64,000 bases of DNA from an uncultured Gemmatimonadales bacterium (GTDB lineage Bacteria > Gemmatimonadota > Gemmatimonadetes > Longimicrobiales > Longimicrobiaceae): positions 512,001 through 576,000 of the forward strand of contig OY970303.1 of the NCBI GenBank assembly GCA_963716255.1, written 5' to 3'. Each line of letters opens with the position of its first letter. Within the stretch, counting starts at the first letter, position 1. Below, in pieces: positions 60,404-64,000 of this stretch. The position numbers and the translations under genes were made by a program. The notes under the pieces are model-generated. The model had not been told where the DNA came from. It saw only the letters and a program-made list of their open reading frames with translations, and searched no databases.

Positions 60404-60530
60404 CGTGAGGGATTTCGGCCCGAAGGGGCGAGACCCGGCGGCTGTTTGCCGGGGCTCGACTCCGTTGCAAACGGTAGTATCGTTTGCTACGGAGCCGAAG
60501 CCCGACCCCGGCGCAGCCGGGGGCACGCCC
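60404..60530 (+). repeat. ~130 nt structured repeat, copy 3
   Basis: Near-identical to 1244-1371; preceded by the GC palindrome at 60350-60393. Confidence 0.88.
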
Positions 60531-60580
60531 GAACCGGCTGTCAAAAGTCGTTGCCGTTCCGCACGCCGCGCGCCCCAAGC

Positions 60581-61906
60581 TCAATCCTCCTCGCCGCGCC
60601 GCCGGAGCGTGATGCGCAGCGGGACCCCAGAGAACCCCCACGCCGCCCGGAACCCGTTCATCAGGTAGCGCTGGTAGCTCTCGGCCACACCCTCGGGCGT
60701 GTTGCAGAACAGCACGAAGTTGGGGGGCCGGGTCGCCACCTGCGTGGCGTACAGGAACTTGATGGGGTGCCCGTGATGCGCCGGCGGACGGGCGCGCGCC
60801 ACCAGCTCGCGCAGCACCTCGTTGACCTCGTGCGTGGCGATGCGGCGGTTGCGCTGCTCTTCCACCTCCAGGACCATGGGGAGCACGCGCTGCACCCGCT
60901 GCCCGGTGAGCGTGCTGGTGAACACGATGGGCACCCACTGGAGGAAGGGCGCGCGGTTCCGCACCTCCTTCTCGAAGTGGGGCGCCGTCATGGTCTCCTT
61001 TTCCACCAGGTCCCACTTGTTGGCCACGATGATCAGCCCGCAGCCGGCCTCCCACGCCTTCTCGGCGATCTTGAGGTCCTGCACGGCGATCCCCTCGGTG
61101 GCGTCGATCAGCAGCAGGCACACGTCGGCGCGCTCGATCGCCCGCTCCGTGCGGATGGTGCTGTAGAACTCCACCCCGTCGTCGATGCGCGACTGCCGCC
61201 GCAGCCCGGCGGTGTCCACGAACACCAGCGTCTGCCCGTGGAACTGCATGGGCGTGTCGATGGCGTCGCGGGTGGTCCCCGCCACGTCGGACACCACCAG
61301 CCGCTCCTCGCCCAGCAGGCGGTTGACGAAGCTGGACTTGCCCACGTTGGGCTTGCCGATCACGGCCACGCGCAGGACGTCCTCCTCGTCGCCTTCGCCG
61401 GCGTCGGGGAGGAGCGCGACCACGGCGTCCAGGATGTCGCCGCTCCCCTTGCCGCTCAGGCTGCTCACGGGGAGCGGCTCGCCCAGCCCCACGTCCCAGA
61501 ACTCGTGGTGCGCGAGCGCGTTTGGGGCGCCCAGGTTGTCCACCTTGTTGACCACCAGCAGGGCGGGGCGCTGGGTGCGGCGCAGGTACTCGGCGACCTC
61601 GTAGTCCAGCGGGTGGGGGCCGGCCTTGCCGTCCACCAGCTGCACCACCACGTTGGCCTCGTCGATGGCGGTGAGCACCTGCTCGCGGATGAGCCGGTCC
61701 ATGGGCTCGTCCGAGTTCTCCACCATCCCGCCCGTGTCCACCAGGTAGAACTGGCGGCCGTTCCACTCGGTGCGCGCGAAGTTGCGGTCGCGCGTCACGC
61801 CGGGAAAGTCCTCGACGATGGCGATGCGCTGCCCGAGGATGCGGTTGAAGAAGGTGGACTTGCCGACGTTGGGCCGGCCGACGACGGCGACTACGGGGAG
61901 CTTCAA
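60581..61906 (-). CDS. der: ribosome biogenesis GTPase Der
   Basis: Two G-domains (GRPNVGKS/DTGG/NKVD and GKPNVGKS/DTAG/NKWD) plus KH-like C-terminus. Confidence 0.97.
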   Translation of the reverse strand: MKLPVVAVVGRPNVGKSTFFNRILGQRIAIVEDFPGVTRDRNFARTEWNGRQFYLVDTGGMVENSDEPMDRLIREQVLTAIDEANVVVQLVDGKAGPHPLDYEVAEYLRRTQRPALLVVNKVDNLGAPNALAHHEFWDVGLGEPLPVSSLSGKGSGDILDAVVALLPDAGEGDEEDVLRVAVIGKPNVGKSSFVNRLLGEERLVVSDVAGTTRDAIDTPMQFHGQTLVFVDTAGLRRQSRIDDGVEFYSTIRTERAIERADVCLLLIDATEGIAVQDLKIAEKAWEAGCGLIIVANKWDLVEKETMTAPHFEKEVRNRAPFLQWVPIVFTSTLTGQRVQRVLPMVLEVEEQRNRRIATHEVNEVLRELVARARPPAHHGHPIKFLYATQVATRPPNFVLFCNTPEGVAESYQRYLMNGFRAAWGFSGVPLRITLRRRGEED

Positions 61907-62006
61907 GGACGGTTCGGGGTCGGGAGGAACGGGACCTCGCGCCGGAACCCCCGGACGCGCGGGCGAATATGGCCGCGCGCCCGGACGGCGTCAACCGCGC
62001 CGGGGC

Positions 62007-62606
62007 TCAGGCCAGCGGGGCGCCGCACGACGCGCACGTCTCGGCGCCGGGCTCGTACGCTTCGCCGCAGGACGGGCAGGCGAACACCACCTCGCCCTCG
62101 GTGTCCATGTGGCCGCGGATGGTGTCCAGCGCGGCGCCGTACTCCCACACCGGCACCATCACCCGGACGATGCTCAGCTCGCCCAGGTCCACGGGGTAGA
62201 TGTGGTCCTTCTGCGAGAAGATCTGCGAGTCGATCCCCTCGGCCCGCAGGTTCTCCTGCACCAGCTGCGCTTCGATCTCGCCGTGCGTGCTGTACACCTG
62301 CGCCCACCCCTGGATCATGCGCACGCCGCGGTGCTCCTCGCACAGGAAGGCGTCGCCGCCGCCGGAGCTGCACCGGTCGCACAGGGCGCGCCCGCAGATC
62401 ACGCAGCGCCCCCTGGCCTCGCGGTCGGGGTGGGTCTCGCACGCGGCCTCCACGCGCAGGGTGCCGCACGCGGGGCAGGCGTCGGCGCCCTCGTACTCGG
62501 TCTCGCAGCGGGCGCAGCGGAAGCCTTCGCCGGGAGCCTCGGGGCTCTCGCCGGCGACGGGAAGGATCTGGGTACGGTCGTCGGCCGGGGTCGGGATCTC
62601 GGGCAT
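62007..62606 (-). CDS. multi-zinc-finger protein (CxxC pairs, B-box-like, DUF2007-like, zinc ribbon)
   Basis: CARC..CPAC; CETHP..CVICGRALCDRC..CEEH; EAQLVQENLRAEGI; CPSC..CASC. Confidence 0.7.
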   Translation of the reverse strand: MPEIPTPADDRTQILPVAGESPEAPGEGFRCARCETEYEGADACPACGTLRVEAACETHPDREARGRCVICGRALCDRCSSGGGDAFLCEEHRGVRMIQGWAQVYSTHGEIEAQLVQENLRAEGIDSQIFSQKDHIYPVDLGELSIVRVMVPVWEYGAALDTIRGHMDTEGEVVFACPSCGEAYEPGAETCASCGAPLA

Positions 62607-62749
62607 GAGGTGTCTGTCTCGGGTTCGCGTCGGTGCCATCGCGCGGCGTTTTCGCAAGAAGCGTGCGCCCCTCCGCACGCGAAAACGGGAGGCGGCCCTC
62701 GCGAGCCGCCCCCCGTGACCCTCCGACATCGACGTAACACCGACACCTG

Positions 62750-62877
62750 CGTGAGGGATTTCGGCCCGAAGGGGCGAGACCCGGCGGCAGTTTGCCGGGG
62801 CTCGACTCCGTTACGCACGGTTGTTTCGTGCGTTACGGAGCCGAAGCCCGACCCCCGCGCCAGCGGGGGTCACGTCC
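62750..62877 (+). repeat. ~130 nt structured repeat, copy 4
   Basis: Same scaffold with compensatory changes in three stems. Confidence 0.85.
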
Positions 62878-62887
62878 AGACCTGCTC

Positions 62888-64000
62888 TTAACGGAAGGTG
62901 TAGCTGAAGCTGGTGACCGTCTGCCCGGCCGGGAGCGGCACCTGGAAGCTGGCGCTCTGCCCCTTGGCCGGCGCCGCGACCGTGGTGCTCTGCGTCCCCG
63001 CCTGCCCGGCGGGACCGTAGAAGGTGAAGGTGAGCGTCACCTGCGTCCCGGCGTTGGCCTTGTTGCCGATCACCTTGCCGGTGAGCATGGGCTGGCCGCC
63101 GTCGGGGGTCTCGAAGCGGATCTCGTCCACGTGCACCGGCAGCGCCTCGACGTCTTCCAGCACCTTGAGGGCCTGGTTCTGCAGGGCGCGCTGGCCGGCG
63201 GTGTTCTGCCCGGAAGCCTCGGCCTGCCCCTTGTAGGAGTTGAAGAGGATGATGCGCGCGTTCTCGTTGAGCGGGTCGATCTGCACCACCCGCTGCGCGA
63301 TCGGCGTCAGGTCCGCCCAGCGCTCCTGCTTGTACAGGGCCAGCGCGTAGTTGTACCAGGCGTCGCGGTTGTTCTGGTCGATCGTGGTCAGCTGGCGGAA
63401 GACCTCGATGGCGGGCCCGTACTGCTCGGCCTGGAACTGCCGCGCGCCCACGCTCAGCAGCCCGGCGAGCGAGTTCTGGCGGGTCTCGGCGCGCGACGTC
63501 ATCTCGGCGGAGGAGGTGTCCGCGGCCATCCGGTCGAGCACGGTGAGGGCCTCGCGGTACGCGGCCGTGGCCTGGGTCAGGTCGCCGCGCTGCGAGTACA
63601 CCACGCCCAGGTTGTAGTAGGCGTCCGGCCGCCCGCCATAGATGGAGTTGGCGCGCTGCCAGCTCGCCATGGCGGTGGCGGTGTCGTTCTGCGTGTACGC
63701 GTCGAGGCCGGCCTGGAAGGCGGTGGCCCAGCCGCGCTCGCGCTCGGGGGCGATCTCGGCCTCGAAGGCGGGGCAGAGCTCCACCGCGCGGTCCCAGGCG
63801 CGGTCGGCCTCCTCGAAGTTGCCGGCGGCGATGGCCGCCTGGCCCAGGAGGAACTGGTTCTGCGGGTTCCCCGGCTCGGCCGTGGCCGCCGCCTGCGCCC
63901 CGGTGAGCGCCTCCGCGGAGCGGCCCAGCAGCAGCGCGCGCTGGGCGACGACCGCCCCGGCACTCGCCGTCGTCGGCACGCCCGCGGCGCAGCTCACGGT
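62888..64000 (-). CDS. TPR protein with C-terminal Ig-like domain (5' end probably outside the window)
   Basis: TPR motifs DAYYNLG and DAWYNYA; frame is open to the window edge. Confidence 0.8.
   Translation of the reverse strand, partial: TVSCAAGVPTTASAGAVVAQRALLLGRSAEALTGAQAAATAEPGNPQNQFLLGQAAIAAGNFEEADRAWDRAVELCPAFEAEIAPERERGWATAFQAGLDAYTQNDTATAMASWQRANSIYGGRPDAYYNLGVVYSQRGDLTQATAAYREALTVLDRMAADTSSAEMTSRAETRQNSLAGLLSVGARQFQAEQYGPAIEVFRQLTTIDQNNRDAWYNYALALYKQERWADLTPIAQRVVQIDPLNENARIILFNSYKGQAEASGQNTAGQRALQNQALKVLEDVEALPVHVDEIRFETPDGGQPMLTGKVIGNKANAGTQVTLTFTFYGPAGQAGTQSTTVAAPAKGQSASFQVPLPAGQTVTSFSYTFR

Overview
Very GC-rich bacterial chromosome segment; gene content and repeat style suggest Gemmatimonadota, Longimicrobium-like (inference). 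Two housekeeping arms (left: plsC, thiL, YtrA/GntR-ABC, acnA, groES-like, CDF transporter, lgt; right: pcm, surE, gpsA, plsY, der) flank a ~36 kb accessory region bounded by two inward-facing tRNA-Arg(CCT) genes. The main candidate novel system is a 14-gene, 21.7 kb, translationally coupled minus-strand operon (18774-40505). It lies behind a GG-N10-GC sigma-54 promoter and next to an enhancer-binding protein with no sensor domain. It encodes five paralogous proteins with a long Ser/Thr-rich predicted beta-hairpin (Trp at the midpoint in four of them), two further paralogous helical proteins, a subtilisin, a DMATS-like prenyltransferase, an Ig-rich protein and two peptidoglycan-hydrolase polyproteins. 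I interpret it as a possible protease-activated, hetero-oligomeric pore or translocon delivering cell-wall hydrolases; this is a hypothesis only. The right part of the island has a decayed integrative mobilizable element (variant integrase, excisionase-like gene, MOB-P-type oriT, mobC, relaxase remnant), a Cys-rich peptide/thioredoxin/HExxH cluster, a TPR plus repeat-peptide module, and an IS630 that splits a lipoprotein gene. The backbone carries four copies of a ~130 nt structured repeat with compensatory base changes, plus a defensin-like peptide gene. All family assignments are from motif recognition by eye; no searches were run.
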